A stretch of DNA of 32,000 nucleotides from Mycoplasmoides pneumoniae FH (GTDB lineage Bacteria > Bacillota_I > Bacilli_A > Mycoplasmatales > Mycoplasmoidaceae): NCBI RefSeq assembly GCF_001272835.1, contig NZ_CP010546.1, positions 1 to 32,000 on the forward strand. Reading direction: 5' to 3'. Both the position numbers and the translations under genes were made by a program. Within the stretch, counting starts at the first letter, position 1, and each line of letters begins with the position of its first letter. The notes under the pieces were generated by a model. The model was not told where the DNA came from, did not search any database, and was given only the letters and a program-made list of their open reading frames with translations. This document shows positions 1 to 11,259 of this stretch, in pieces.

Positions 1-177
1 TATTTACCGACGAAATTAATACCATCAGGGTATTAAGATGCTACCAACGTGGTATTAAAATGTGCCCAACCGCGAAAAAGAAAGTGGTATATAGGAAAAT
101 GGAAAACAAATTTGTTTACCGTTTACTATTAAATACTAATCTTCTATATAGTATAGAGAAACTTTTTCTTTAACATA

Positions 178-195
178 ATATTATCTTAATATTAT
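178..195 (+). repeat. 18-bp direct repeat, copy 1 (ATATTATCTTAATATTAT)
   Basis: Identical 18-mer recurs at 256-273. Degenerate relatives at about 210-227 and 289-310. Confidence 0.9.
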
Positions 196-255
196 TTACC
201 TACTAATAGCTTAATATTATTAGTATTTATTTAGTATTATGCTAATACTATGCAG

Positions 256-273
256 ATATTATCTTAATATTAT
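256..273 (+). repeat. 18-bp direct repeat, copy 2 (ATATTATCTTAATATTAT)
   Basis: Exact match to 178-195, offset 78 bp. Confidence 0.9.
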
Positions 274-486
274 CTATAGTATTAGGCTAATATTATTCTT
301 AATATTTATTAAGGTACTAAAGCATTACCTATAGGTGATATTATGACAATACTAAAGTGGTTAGTATTATTAGGGTATTATTCAAAGTATTCTCCAACAC
401 TATTCCCTTAGCTCTAACTTAATATCCCTTTAATACCAAGATGGTTAAACAATGAAGAAAATTAGTTGTTTGTTCTGGCCCTTTAC

Positions 487-511
487 TATATATGTACATA
501 GTACATATATA
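487..511. repeat. Perfect palindrome: 11-bp arms, 3-nt spacer (TATATATGTAC-ATA-GTACATATATA)
   Basis: Arms 487-497 and 501-511 are exact reverse complements, read directly from the sequence. Confidence 0.9.
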
Positions 512-569
512 AGAAAGGCTACCATGACATTATATATAATAGGCATCCAGAAATAAAAGCCAAATTAAT

Positions 570-599
570 CTATAATTAAGTATTTATACTTAATTATAG
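570..599. repeat. Perfect palindrome: 13-bp arms, 4-nt spacer (CTATAATTAAGTA-TTTA-TACTTAATTATAG)
   Basis: Arms 570-582 and 587-599 are exact reverse complements. Lies about 90 nt upstream of the dnaN ATG. Confidence 0.9.
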
Positions 600-690
600 T
601 GATTTTATTAACAAAATTAGTGACATTTGGCCATCCATAATAAATAAAATCAAATAAACAAAACAAAAAGAAAAAAACTATAAAAAGGGC

Positions 691-1833
691 ATGAAAGTTT
701 TGATTAATAAGAATGAGTTGAACAAAATCCTCAAAAAACTCAACAATGTAATCGTATCTAACAATAAGATGAAACCATACCACTCTTATTTATTAATAGA
801 GGCTACAGAAAAGGAAATTAACTTCTATGCTAACAACGAGTACTTTTCTGCTAAATGTACCTTAGCCGAAAACATTGATGTACTTGAAGAAGGTGAAGTA
901 ATTGTTAAAGGCAAAATCTTTAGCGAACTCATTAACGGAATTAAAGAAGACATCATTATTATTCAAGAGAAAGATCAAACTCTTTTAGTCAAAACAAAAA
1001 AAACAAACATTAACCTTAACACGATTGATAAGAAAGAATTCCCCAGAATCCGTTTCAACCAAAACGTTGATTTGAAGGAATTTGATGAACTTAAAATCCA
1101 ACACAGCCTTTTAACTAAAGGACTTAAAAAGATTGCCCATGCTGTTTCTACATTTAGAGAATCCACTAGAAAATTCAACGGGGTTAACTTCAACGGTTCC
1201 AATGGTAAACAAATCTTTTTAGAGGCATCGGATTCTTATAAGCTCTCTGTTTATGAAATCAAACAAAAAACCGATCCATTTAATTTCATTGTCGAAACTA
1301 ATCTTTTGAGCTTCATCAATTCTTTTAACCCTGAAGGTGGTGATTTAATCAGTATCTTCTTCCGCAAAGAACACAAGGATGATTTAAGTACCGAATTACT
1401 GATTAAGTTAGATAACTTCTTAATTAACTACACCTCAATTAACGAAAGCTTTCCGCGGGTAATGCAGTTGTTTGACTTTGAACCAGAAACCAAAGTAACC
1501 ATTCAAAAAAACGAACTTAAAGATGCATTACAAAGAATCTTGACGTTAGCTCAAAACGAGCGCTTCTTTCTCTGTGACATGCAAGTAACCAACTCCCACC
1601 TCAAAATTAATTCCAACGTTCAAAACATTGGTGCATCCTTAGAAGAAGTTACTTGCCTTAAGTTCGAAGGTCACAAACTCAACATCGCTGTTAATGCGCT
1701 TTCCCTCTTGGAACACATTGACTCATTTGATACTGATGAAATTGAGCTTTACTTCCAGGGCAGTAACAAATACTTTTTAATTAGTTCGAACAACGAACCT
1801 GAACTTAAAGAAATCCTAGTTCCTTCCAAGTAA
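691..1833 (+). CDS. dnaN: DNA polymerase III beta sliding clamp
   Basis: Uninterrupted 380-aa ORF, ATG 691 to TAA 1831-1833. Clamp-typical length and the dnaN...gyrB-gyrA neighbourhood; recognised as the first gene of the M. pneumoniae map (from memory). Confidence 0.9.
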   Translation: MKVLINKNELNKILKKLNNVIVSNNKMKPYHSYLLIEATEKEINFYANNEYFSAKCTLAENIDVLEEGEVIVKGKIFSELINGIKEDIIIIQEKDQTLLVKTKKTNINLNTIDKKEFPRIRFNQNVDLKEFDELKIQHSLLTKGLKKIAHAVSTFRESTRKFNGVNFNGSNGKQIFLEASDSYKLSVYEIKQKTDPFNFIVETNLLSFINSFNPEGGDLISIFFRKEHKDDLSTELLIKLDNFLINYTSINESFPRVMQLFDFEPETKVTIQKNELKDALQRILTLAQNERFFLCDMQVTNSHLKINSNVQNIGASLEEVTCLKFEGHKLNIAVNALSLLEHIDSFDTDEIELYFQGSNKYFLISSNNEPELKEILVPSK

Positions 1834-1836
1834 CTA

Positions 1837-2766
1837 ATGACGCTTTATGACTTACTAGAGCTGCCCCAAACTGCTACACTACAGGAAATCAAAACAGCTT
1901 ACAAACGCTTAGCTAAACGTTATCACCCTGACATCAATAAACAAGGGGCAGATACCTTTGTCAAGATTAATAACGCCTATGCCGTTTTAAGCGATACCAC
2001 CCAAAAAGCGGAGTATGACGCTATGCTACGCTTTAGTGAATTTGAAGACCGAGTTAAACGCCTGGACTTCTCGATTAAGTGACACGAACAGTTTATGGAG
2101 GAATTACAGTTCCACCACAACTGGGACTTTGACTTTATCCGCAACAGGGAATACACCCAGCCAACCCCTACCAACAATAAGTATTCTTCCTTTTTAGACA
2201 AGGATGTATCCTTGGCCTTTTACCAACTTTACTCCAAGGGCAAGTTGGACTTTGACTTGGAAGACACACTTCTTAGACGTCATTCGATCAAGCAAGCCTT
2301 CTTAAAGGGCAAGAAGCTTAACGATGTTTTAAAAGAGCAGTACAACTATTTAGGTTGATTAGAGGCCAAGCGCTATTTCAACATTGATGTCGAAATCGAA
2401 TTAACCCCCAAAGAAGTGCGTGAAGGTGGGGTGGTCAACCTCCCTTTAAAGATCAAAGTCATTTCCAATAACTACCCTGGACAAATGTGGTACGAACTCA
2501 ACAAGAACTATTCCTTCCGGCTTCTTTGAGACATTAAAAACGGTGAGGTGGCAGAGTTCTTTGGCAAGGGTAATCGGGCCTTGGGTTGACGCGGTGATCT
2601 GATTGTGCGAATGCGGATTGTCGACAAAATTAAGAAGCGCTTACGCATCTTTTCCAGTCATTTTGAACAGGACAAAACCAAGTTGTGATTCCTCGTGCCG
2701 CAGGACAAACAAGACAATCCTAATAAGTGGGTTTTTGACTATAAAACACACGAGTTTATTGTTTAA
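1837..2766 (+). CDS. J-domain protein (DnaJ-like co-chaperone, 309 aa)
   Basis: N-terminal J domain YDLLELPQTATLQEIKTAYKRLAKRYHPD with the HPD motif. The frame is continuous from ATG 1837 to TAA 2764-2766 when five in-frame TGA codons (2080, 2356, 2527, 2587, 2686) are read as Trp. Confidence 0.85.
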
Positions 2767-2785
2767 AATCGCTTAATTTTTAATG

Positions 2786-2794
2786 TGGTATAAT
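2786..2794 (+). promoter_or_regulatory. Extended -10 promoter element (TGgTATAAT) upstream of gyrB
   Basis: TGGTATAAT at 2786-2794, 59 nt upstream of the gyrB ATG. Matches the TGnTATAAT consensus. Confidence 0.45.
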
Positions 2795-2805
2795 TGTTTG
2801 GATTC

Positions 2806-2830
2806 GCCATAAATTTTGCTTATGGCTTTT
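2806..2830 (+). terminator. Hairpin plus T-tract between the J-domain gene and gyrB (terminator or gyrB-leader structure)
   Basis: GCCATAA (2806-2812) pairs with TTATGGC (2820-2826), followed by TTTT. It lies 40 nt after the upstream stop codon but downstream of the candidate -10. Confidence 0.35.
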
Positions 2831-2852
2831 AACTTTCCAACGTGCACATTAA

Positions 2853-4805
2853 ATGGAAGACAATAACAAAACGCAAGCTTACGATTCCAGTAGCATTAAG
2901 ATTCTTGAAGGCTTAGAGGCCGTGCGTAAGCGCCCCGGCATGTACATCGGTTCCACCGGCGAAGAAGGGTTGCACCACATGATCTGGGAAATCATTGATA
3001 ACTCAATTGACGAGGCCATGGGTGGCTTTGCGAGTACTGTCAAACTAACCCTTAAAGACAACTTTGTCACCATTGTGGAGGATGATGGCCGGGGCATTCC
3101 CGTTGACATCCATCCTAAGACCAACCGCTCCACCGTTGAAACAGTGTTTACGGTACTCCACGCTGGGGGTAAGTTTGACAACGATAGCTATAAGGTGTCA
3201 GGGGGACTCCACGGTGTGGGTGCCTCGGTTGTTAATGCTTTAAGTTCCTCCTTTAAGGTATGGGTAGCCAGGGAGCACCAACAGTACTTCCTAGCGTTCC
3301 ACAACGGTGGGGAAGTGATTGGTGATCTTGTCAACGAAGGTAAGTGTGACAAGGAACACGGTACCAAGGTTGAGTTTGTCCCGGACTTTACCGTGATGGA
3401 AAAGAGTGATTACAAACAAACGGTAATTGCTAGTAGGTTGCAACAATTAGCCTTTCTCAACAAAGGGATCCAAATTGACTTTGTTGATGAACGCCGTCAA
3501 AATCCGCAAAGCTTTTCTTGGAAGTATGATGGTGGCTTAGTCCAATACATCCACCACCTCAACAACGAAAAGGAACCTTTATTTGAGGACATTATCTTTG
3601 GTGAAAAAACCGATACTGTTAAATCAGTTAGCCGTGATGAGAGCTACACAATTAAGGTGGAAGTGGCCTTTCAGTACAACAAGACGTATAACCAATCAAT
3701 CTTTAGTTTTTGTAACAACATTAATACCACTGAAGGCGGTACCCACGTTGAAGGCTTTCGCAATGCCTTAGTGAAGATCATTAACCGCTTTGCTGTCGAA
3801 AACAAGTTCTTAAAGGAAACGGATGAAAAGATTACCCGCGATGACATCTGTGAAGGGTTAACGGCCATTATCTCAATTAAGCACCCCAACCCCCAGTATG
3901 AGGGTCAAACCAAAAAGAAATTGGGTAACACCGAAGTGCGTCCTCTAGTTAACAGTATTGTTAGTGAAATCTTTGAGCGCTTTATGTTGGAAAACCCCCA
4001 GGAAGCCAACGCCATTATTCGCAAAACGCTGTTAGCGCAAGAAGCACGGCGCCGTAGTCAGGAAGCACGGGAACTGACCCGCAGGAAATCTCCCTTTGAC
4101 AGTGGTTCACTCCCGGGTAAGTTAGCAGACTGTACCACCCGTGATCCCTCAATTAGTGAACTGTACATTGTCGAGGGAGATAGCGCTGGTGGTACGGCTA
4201 AAACGGGGCGGGACCGTTACTTCCAAGCGATCCTACCATTAAGGGGTAAGATCCTCAATGTGGAAAAGTCCCACTTTGAACAAATCTTTAATAATGTGGA
4301 AATCTCGGCTTTAGTCATGGCCGTTGGCTGTGGCATTAAACCAGACTTCGAGTTGGAAAAACTGCGGTATAACAAGATCATTATCATGACCGATGCTGAT
4401 GTCGATGGGGCGCACATCCGTACCCTCCTTTTAACCTTCTTCTTTCGCTTTATGTATCCCTTGGTGGAACAGGGCAACATTTACATTGCCCAACCCCCAC
4501 TGTATAAGGTCTCTTACTCTAATAAGGACTTATACATGCAAACCGATGTCCAACTAGAGGAGTGGAAGCAACAACACCCTAATCTGAAATACAACTTACA
4601 ACGCTACAAGGGTTTAGGGGAAATGGATGCCATCCAACTGTGGGAAACCACGATGGATCCCAAGGTGCGTACCTTACTAAAGGTAACCGTTGAAGATGCT
4701 TCAATTGCTGATAAAGCCTTCTCCTTGTTAATGGGCGATGAAGTTCCCCCAAGACGGGAATTCATCGAACAAAACGCACGTAACGTAAAGAACATTGATA
4801 TCTAA
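2853..4805 (+). CDS. gyrB: DNA gyrase subunit B
   Basis: 650-aa ORF. GHKL ATPase motif [15 protein letters not shown]; Toprim motifs EGDSAGG and [12 protein letters not shown]; [11 protein letters not shown]. Confidence 0.97.
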   Translation: MEDNNKTQAYDSSSIKILEGLEAVRKRPGMYIGSTGEEGLHHMIWEIIDNSIDEAMGGFASTVKLTLKDNFVTIVEDDGRGIPVDIHPKTNRSTVETVFTVLHAGGKFDNDSYKVSGGLHGVGASVVNALSSSFKVWVAREHQQYFLAFHNGGEVIGDLVNEGKCDKEHGTKVEFVPDFTVMEKSDYKQTVIASRLQQLAFLNKGIQIDFVDERRQNPQSFSWKYDGGLVQYIHHLNNEKEPLFEDIIFGEKTDTVKSVSRDESYTIKVEVAFQYNKTYNQSIFSFCNNINTTEGGTHVEGFRNALVKIINRFAVENKFLKETDEKITRDDICEGLTAIISIKHPNPQYEGQTKKKLGNTEVRPLVNSIVSEIFERFMLENPQEANAIIRKTLLAQEARRRSQEARELTRRKSPFDSGSLPGKLADCTTRDPSISELYIVEGDSAGGTAKTGRDRYFQAILPLRGKILNVEKSHFEQIFNNVEISALVMAVGCGIKPDFELEKLRYNKIIIMTDADVDGAHIRTLLLTFFFRFMYPLVEQGNIYIAQPPLYKVSYSNKDLYMQTDVQLEEWKQQHPNLKYNLQRYKGLGEMDAIQLWETTMDPKVRTLLKVTVEDASIADKAFSLLMGDEVPPRREFIEQNARNVKNIDI

Positions 4806-7324
4806 TGGCAAAGCAACAAGATCAAATTGACAAAATTCGTCAGGAATTAGCACAATCAGCAATTAAAAACATCTCCCTCTCCAGTGAACTAGAACGTTCC
4901 TTCATGGAGTATGCGATGTCGGTGATAGTGGCTCGCGCGCTCCCAGATGCGAGGGATGGACTTAAACCTGTGCACCGCCGTGTGCTCTATGGTGCTTACA
5001 CTGGGGGCATGCACCACGATCGCCCCTTTAAAAAGTCAGCACGGATTGTCGGTGATGTAATGAGTAAGTTCCACCCCCACGGGGACATGGCCATTTACGA
5101 CACAATGTCGCGGATGGCGCAGGACTTTTCTTTGCGTTACCTCTTAATTGACGGACATGGTAACTTTGGCTCGATTGATGGCGATCGTCCCGCAGCACAA
5201 CGTTATACGGAAGCACGGTTGTCGAAATTAGCGGGGGAACTGTTACGTGACATTGACAAGGACACGGTCGACTTTGTCGCTAACTATGATGGGGAAGAAC
5301 AAGAACCAACGGTTTTACCAGCTGCCTTTCCTAATTTATTAGCTAATGGTTCGAGTGGGATTGCGGTAGGGATGTCCACTTCCATTCCGTCTCACAACTT
5401 ATCGGAGTTAATCCAGGGCTTAATCCTTTTAATTGACAACCCTGACTGCACCATTAATGATTTATTAGGTGTCATTAAAGGACCGGACTTTCCCACCGGA
5501 GCCAACATTATTTACACCAAGGGGATTGAAAGCTACTTTGAAACTGGGAAGGGTAATGTGGTCATTCGTTCTAAAGTCAGCATTGAACAACTACCAACCC
5601 GGGCTGCTTTAGTAGTCACGGAAATTCCCTACATGGTCAACAAGACCAGTTTAATTGAAAAGATTGTCGAGTTAGTCAAGGCTGAGGAAATCACCGGGAT
5701 TGCCGATATCCGTGATGAGTCATCCAGGGAAGGAATTCGCTTGGTGATTGAAGTGAAGCGCGACACCGTTCCGGAAGTCTTATTAAACCAACTGTTCAAA
5801 TCAACCCGTTTACAGGTGCGGTTCCCCGTGAACATGTTGGCACTGGTTAAGGGTGCACCTAAATTGCTCAACATGAAGCAAGCGTTAACGGTTTACCTCG
5901 AGCACCAACTCGATGTTCTGATTCGCAAAACCCAGTTTAACCTCAAGAAGTACCAGGAGCGCTTTCATATCTTAAGTGGCCTTTTAATTGCGGCGTTGAA
6001 CATTGATGAGGTAATTGCGATCATTAAAAAGTCCGCTAATAACCAGGTAGCAATGGAAGCACTCCACGAACGCTTCGGGTTAGATGAAATCCAAGCACGG
6101 GCGGTTCTGGACATGCGTTTACGTAGCTTAAGTGTCTTGGAAGTCAATAAACTACAAACCGAACAACAAGAGTTGAAAGCTTTAATTGAGTTCTGTCAAC
6201 AGGTGTTAGCTGACAAACAACTGCAACTCAAACTAATTAAGGAGCAGTTAACCAAGATTAACGAACAGTTTGGCGATCCACGCCGTAGTGAAATCCTGTA
6301 CGGTATTAGTGAAGACATTGATGATGAGGACTTAATTACCCAGGAAAACGTGGTAATCACGATGTCCACTAACGGTTATCTCAAACGGATTGGGGTAGAC
6401 TCTTATAACCTGCAACACCGTGGTGGGGTGGGTGTTAAGGGTTTAACTACCTACACCGATGACAGTATTAGCCAGCTGTTAGTCTGCTCGACCCACTCGG
6501 ACCTCTTATTCTTTACGGACAAGGGAAAGGTCTACCGCATCCGGGCCCACCAAATTCCCCCGGGTTTTCGTACTAACAAGGGGATTCCGGCGGTTAACCT
6601 GATTAAGATCGACAAGGACGAGAAGATCTGTGCCTTAATTTCGGTGAATGATTACCAAAATGGTTACTTCTTCTTTTGTACCAAGAACGGTACCATTAAG
6701 CGCACCAGTCTAAGTGAGTTTGCCAACATCTTGAGTATTGGTAAACGCGCCATCCTCTTTAAGGAAAACGATGTTTTGTTCTCGGTTATTCGCACCAGTG
6801 GTCAAGATGACATCTTTATCGGTTCGACCGCGGGGTTTGTCGTGCGTTTCCACGAAGACACCGTCCGTCCGCTGTCCCGCGCTGCCATGGGGGTCTTGGG
6901 GATTAATCTCAACCAGGGCGAATTTGTCAATGGTCTGTCCACTTCCAGTAACGGGAGTTTATTACTCTCTGTGGGTCAAAATGGCATTGGTAAGCTCACC
7001 AGTATTGACAAATATCGTTTAACCAAGCGGAATGCTAAGGGAGTTAAAACACTACGAGTAACTGCTAAAACTGGTCCGGTTGTGACCACTACGACCGTCT
7101 TTGGTAACGAAGATTTGTTAATGATTTCTTCAGCTGGTAAGATTGTCCGGATTAGTCTGGAACAACTTTCAGAACAGGGAAAAAACACTTCTGGTGTTAA
7201 ACTAATCAAACTAAAAGAGAAGGAACGCTTAGAGACTGTTACTATCTTTAAAAAGGAAGAAGCCATTAAAACCACAACAGCAACCGAGACAGACGATGTT
7301 GGATCGAAACAAATTACGCAATAA
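4805..7324 (+). CDS. gyrA: DNA gyrase subunit A
   Basis: 839-aa [29 protein letters not shown] and the active-site region [10 protein letters not shown]. The start overlaps the gyrB stop (TAATG). Confidence 0.97.
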   Translation: MAKQQDQIDKIRQELAQSAIKNISLSSELERSFMEYAMSVIVARALPDARDGLKPVHRRVLYGAYTGGMHHDRPFKKSARIVGDVMSKFHPHGDMAIYDTMSRMAQDFSLRYLLIDGHGNFGSIDGDRPAAQRYTEARLSKLAGELLRDIDKDTVDFVANYDGEEQEPTVLPAAFPNLLANGSSGIAVGMSTSIPSHNLSELIQGLILLIDNPDCTINDLLGVIKGPDFPTGANIIYTKGIESYFETGKGNVVIRSKVSIEQLPTRAALVVTEIPYMVNKTSLIEKIVELVKAEEITGIADIRDESSREGIRLVIEVKRDTVPEVLLNQLFKSTRLQVRFPVNMLALVKGAPKLLNMKQALTVYLEHQLDVLIRKTQFNLKKYQERFHILSGLLIAALNIDEVIAIIKKSANNQVAMEALHERFGLDEIQARAVLDMRLRSLSVLEVNKLQTEQQELKALIEFCQQVLADKQLQLKLIKEQLTKINEQFGDPRRSEILYGISEDIDDEDLITQENVVITMSTNGYLKRIGVDSYNLQHRGGVGVKGLTTYTDDSISQLLVCSTHSDLLFFTDKGKVYRIRAHQIPPGFRTNKGIPAVNLIKIDKDEKICALISVNDYQNGYFFFCTKNGTIKRTSLSEFANILSIGKRAILFKENDVLFSVIRTSGQDDIFIGSTAGFVVRFHEDTVRPLSRAAMGVLGINLNQGEFVNGLSTSSNGSLLLSVGQNGIGKLTSIDKYRLTKRNAKGVKTLRVTAKTGPVVTTTTVFGNEDLLMISSAGKIVRISLEQLSEQGKNTSGVKLIKLKEKERLETVTIFKKEEAIKTTTATETDDVGSKQITQ

Positions 7325-8558
7325 CCTTGACTTCTTTAAAAAGAAGTTAGTTGAACGGGGTGTAAGTGAAAGCCAGTTCGAGGCGTACGTGCAAGCTGAT
7401 AAAGCAATGCGCAAACTGTTGCACCAAATTGAACTGGCCAACCAAAAGCAAACCCTGTTAGCGAAACAGGTTGCCAAGAAGAAGGGTGATCTGAAGTTAT
7501 TAAAGGAATCCAAGGAGTTAAAGCAAAAACTAGAACAGCTCAACATCGCTTTTAAGGAAGCGGAAACCTTAAGCCAAGAGTTACTGTTAAACCTCCCTAA
7601 CATTGCTGATGAATCAGTACCAGTTGGACGGGATGAAACTGCTAACTTAGAACTGCTCAAAGAAGGGCGTAAACCGGTGTTTGACTTTACTCCCTTACCC
7701 CACTGGGAGTTGTGTGAACGCTTACAGTTAGTTGCCTTTGATAAGGCCACTAAGCTAACGGGTGCACGGTTTGTCGCTTACACTGATAAAGCAGCGAAAC
7801 TGCTCCGCGCCATTGCTAGCTTAATGATTGACTTCAACAAAAACAAATACCAGGAGTGAAACGTGCCGGTCATTGTGAACGAGACTAGTCTTACTGGTAC
7901 GGGTCAGCTACCCAAATTTAAGGATGATGTCTTTAAGTTAGAAAACACGCGTTACTACCTCTCCCCGACCCTAGAGGTGCAACTAGCCAACCTCCATGCC
8001 AACGAAATCTTCACGGAGGGTGAACTCCCCAAATACTATACCGCTACTGGGGTGAACTTTCGCCAGGAAGCGGGCAGTGCTGGTAAACAAACTAAGGGTA
8101 CGATTCGCCTACACCAGTTCCAAAAGGTAGAACTAGTGAAGTTTTGTAAACCAAGTGAAGCGATTCACGAACTGGAAGAAATGACCCGGGACGCTGAGCA
8201 AATTTTGTTAGAACTCAAAATTCCCTTTCGCCGTTTGTTACTCTGTAGCGGTGACATGGGTTTTAGTGCCCAGAAAACCTATGACTTGGAAGTGTGGATG
8301 GCGGGTTGCAATGAGTACCGTGAAGTTTCGTCCTGTTCTTCTTGTGGTGACTTTCAAGCACGCAGAGCAATGATCCGCTATAAGGACTTAACCACAGGCA
8401 AGAATACCTATGTGGCTACCTTAAACGGCACCGCTTTAGCGATTGACCGCATCTTTGCAGCCATCTTGGAACACTACCAAACGAAGGCAGGGGAAGTAAT
8501 GATTCCCCAAGCCTTGTTGAAATACTTAGACTTTGACAAAATTACCAAACCAAAATAA
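7296..8558 (+). CDS. serS: Seryl-tRNA synthetase (420 aa)
   Basis: Two same-frame ORF pieces joined at TGA 7857-7859. N-terminus [22 protein letters not shown]; class II motifs [10 protein letters not shown] and [11 protein letters not shown]. Overlaps the gyrA end by 29 nt. Confidence 0.93.
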
Positions 8559-8562
8559 ACCA

Positions 8563-9195
8563 ATGAAACAAGGCGTGTTTGTGGCCATAGAGGGCGTGGA
8601 TGGTGCGGGGAAAACCGTCCTCCTAGAAGCTTTTAAACAGCGCTTTCCCCAAAGCTTTTTGGGCTTTAAAACGCTTTTTAGCAGGGAACCCGGGGGCACA
8701 CCGTTAGCGGAAAAAATCCGGGCACTGCTCCTGCATGAAGCAATGGAACCACTTACAGAAGCTTATCTGTTTGCGGCATCGCGCACCGAACACGTGCGCC
8801 AGTTAATCCAACCAGCGTTACAACAAAAACAGTTAGTGATAGTAGACCGCTTTGTGTGATCTAGTTATGCATACCAGGGCTTAATTAAAAAAGTCGGACT
8901 TGATGTGGTCAAAAAGCTCAATGCTGATGCGGTGGGGGATAGTATGCCCGACTTTACCTTTATTGTTGATTGTGACTTTGAGACTGCTTTAAACCGGATG
9001 GCCAAACGCGGTCAGGACAATTTATTGGACAATACTGTCAAAAAGCAAGCGGACTTTAATACTATGCGCCAGTATTACCACAGTTTGGTTGATAACAAAC
9101 GCGTCTTTCTCTTAGACGGGCAAAACCAAACGGGTTGTCTGGAACAATTTATTGAACAATTAAGCCAATGTTTAACCCAACCCACGCTCTCTTAA
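8563..9195 (+). CDS. tmk: Thymidylate kinase (210 aa)
   Basis: P-loop FVAIEGVDGAGKT, then SREPGGT. Pieces joined at TGA 8857-8859 (DRFVWSSYAYQG). I chose ATG 8563, just after the serS stop, over the track's TTG 8533. Confidence 0.88.
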
Positions 9196-9929
9196 TTATT
9201 CAAAGACGGGGTAGCTATCTCCAACCAGTTTTAACGGAGTACCTAACCCGGGTCGTTTGTGAACAGCAAACGGGGTGTCAAACATGTCCGAGTTGCTTGG
9301 AAATTCTCCATGGTACTTACAACAACTTTTACAGTTTTGACCAAGCCAACCCCTTTAAAAGGGAACATGCCTTGCACCTTAGTGAAGTGTTGAACCGCCA
9401 AAGTGAATCCAACCAAAAACAGCTGTACCTGATTAAAAACTTAGAAACGCTCACCGCTACGGCCATGAACAGCTTGCTCCGTTTAATTGAGGAACACCCG
9501 GTGAATACCTATGGTGTTTTTACCACGAAAAACGAAAACATGATCTTACCCACCATTTTGAGTCGCGTCCAAAAAGTAGTACTCAAAAAAGCGACCCAGT
9601 TACCGTTCCAAGTGGACAGTAAGGACCAGGCGATTCTCAAAAGTTTCTTTAGTGTAGATGAACAGTTACAAGCATTGGACAACGGTAGTTTTACCCGCTT
9701 AAAAACGATTATTACGACACTTACCAATAAGAAAAACACAGCGAGCACGGTTCACAAGGCTTGGGTGTTGTTTAAACAATTAAACCAAACGGAAACGGCT
9801 CAAGTACTGAACTTTATGGTGGATTACACCAAGGACTTAACCAAAAAGGACCGCTTGTTAAACATGGTGCAAAATTTGGTGTTTAACCCACCGAAAGCAG
9901 CGTTGTTTGCTAACCTCATTAACTGATAA
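9168..9929 (+). CDS. holB: DNA polymerase III delta' subunit-like clamp-loader protein
   Basis: Cys cluster [10 protein letters not shown] and a LLRLIEEHP box like the delta' LLKTLEEPP box. Ends TGA(Trp)-TAA at 9924-9929. Overlaps tmk by 28 nt. Confidence 0.75.
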
Positions 9930-9930
9930 G

Positions 9931-11259
9931 ATGGACACCAAACAAACCATGTTTGCCCTCGCTACTGCGCCCTTCAACAGTGCCATTCACATTATTAGGT
10001 TATCTGGTCCCGATGTTTATCGCATTATTAACCAAATAACCAATAAGGAAGTCAAACCGTTGGGTATGCGGATTCAACGCGTTTGGTTAATTGATCACAA
10101 CCAGAAAAAAGTGGATGATGTGTTGCTGTTTAAATTTGTCGCACCTAACTCTTACACTGGGGAAGATCTGATTGAAATTTCGTGCCATGGCAGCATGGTA
10201 ATAGTCAACGAAATTATTGGTTTATTGTTAAAGCACGGGGCGGTACAAGCCCAACCCGGGGAGTTTACGCAGCGCGGCTATCTCAACGGTAAGATGAGTT
10301 TAAACCAAGCGGCTTCTGTTAATAACTTAGTACTTTCACCGAATACAACCCTAAAGGATGTCGCTTTAAATGCGTTAGCTGGTCAAGTTGATGCCAGGTT
10401 AGAACCCTTAGTGGAAAAGTTGGGTCAACTAGTAATGCAAATGGAAGTGAACTTGGATTACCCCGAGTACACTGATGAACAGCGCGAACTGGTGACAATG
10501 AACCAAGCAGTCTTGCAAATAACCCAAATCTTAAACCAAATCGTGGTTGGTCAAGACCAGTTACAACGGCTCAAAGATCCGTTTAAGATTGCCATTATTG
10601 GTAATACTAATGTTGGTAAGTCCTCCTTATTGAATGCTCTGTTAGATCAAGATAAAGCGATAGTATCCGCCATTAAAGGCAGTACCCGTGACATTGTTGA
10701 GGGTGACTTTGCTCTAAACGGTCACTTCGTCAAAATCCTCGACACAGCGGGAATTCGCCAACACCAAAGTGCGCTCGAAAAAGCGGGCATTCAAAAAACC
10801 TTTGGCGCCATTAAAACCGCTAACTTAGTAATTTACCTTTTGGATGCCCGGCAGCCAGAACCTGATCCCAAGATTATTGCGCGATTAAAGAAGCTGAAGA
10901 AGGACTTCTTTTTGGTCCACAATAAAGCAGACTTAGTGCAGCAAAGCTTTCAGGTAAGTATTTCTGCCAAACAAAAACAGATCCAACCACTTGTCGATTT
11001 ATTAACCCAATACCTACACCAGTTTTACAGTGTGGAGCAGAACCAGCTCTACTTAATTAGTGATTGGCAAACGATCCTGCTCCAAAAAGCAATAGCCGAA
11101 CTAGAACATTTTTTAATTAAACAACAAAACTGCCTTTTCTTTGATATCCTAGTTGTTCATTTACGTGCTGCTCACGAATACATTCTCCAAGTCTTGGGTA
11201 AAAACACCAACTATGACCTGATTAACGAAATCTTTAAGCACTTTTGCTTAGGTAAGTAA
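9931..11259 (+). CDS. mnmE: tRNA modification GTPase MnmE/TrmE (442 aa)
   Basis: G motifs [20 protein letters not shown] and NKADL. C-terminal CLGK signature. ATG 9931 preferred over the track's upstream alternative start. Confidence 0.92.
   Translation: MDTKQTMFALATAPFNSAIHIIRLSGPDVYRIINQITNKEVKPLGMRIQRVWLIDHNQKKVDDVLLFKFVAPNSYTGEDLIEISCHGSMVIVNEIIGLLLKHGAVQAQPGEFTQRGYLNGKMSLNQAASVNNLVLSPNTTLKDVALNALAGQVDARLEPLVEKLGQLVMQMEVNLDYPEYTDEQRELVTMNQAVLQITQILNQIVVGQDQLQRLKDPFKIAIIGNTNVGKSSLLNALLDQDKAIVSAIKGSTRDIVEGDFALNGHFVKILDTAGIRQHQSALEKAGIQKTFGAIKTANLVIYLLDARQPEPDPKIIARLKKLKKDFFLVHNKADLVQQSFQVSISAKQKQIQPLVDLLTQYLHQFYSVEQNQLYLISDWQTILLQKAIAELEHFLIKQQNCLFFDILVVHLRAAHEYILQVLGKNTNYDLINEIFKHFCLGK

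Larger units (their letters stand above)
1..690. other. AT-rich non-coding region 5' of dnaN; candidate replication-origin / DNA-unwinding region
   Basis: No credible ORF; the only one is a 72-aa antisense ORF straddling the dnaN start. Dense degenerate TAATATTAT / TAGTATTA-type repeats, an exact 18-bp direct repeat and two long perfect palindromes. Lies directly upstream of dnaN, the classical oriC neighbourhood. No perfect TTATCCACA DnaA box seen. Confidence 0.4.

Noticed and set aside
170-310. Short direct repeats upstream of dnaN, and the 21-nt tandem repeats at 15462-15677, considered as CRISPR-like arrays.
   Set aside because: No regular repeat-spacer periodicity with unique spacers. 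The first set is degenerate A/T motifs with irregular spacing. The second set is in-frame heptad coding repeats. There are no cas genes.
1-690. Search for canonical DnaA boxes (TTATCCACA / TGTGGATAA).
   Set aside because: No perfect or 1-mismatch site on either strand. The best is TTATCTATA (270-278, 2 mismatches). I therefore annotate no individual DnaA boxes, only a candidate origin region.
565-783. 72-aa minus-strand ORF spanning the dnaN start.
   Set aside because: It overlaps the dnaN 5' end and the palindrome region, is an extremely AT-rich shadow frame, and has no start signals.
7229-7750. 173-aa minus-strand ORF.
   Set aside because: It lies entirely antisense to the well-supported serS and gyrA coding sequence, has no recognisable motifs, and has the S/L/C/N-rich composition typical of a shadow frame.
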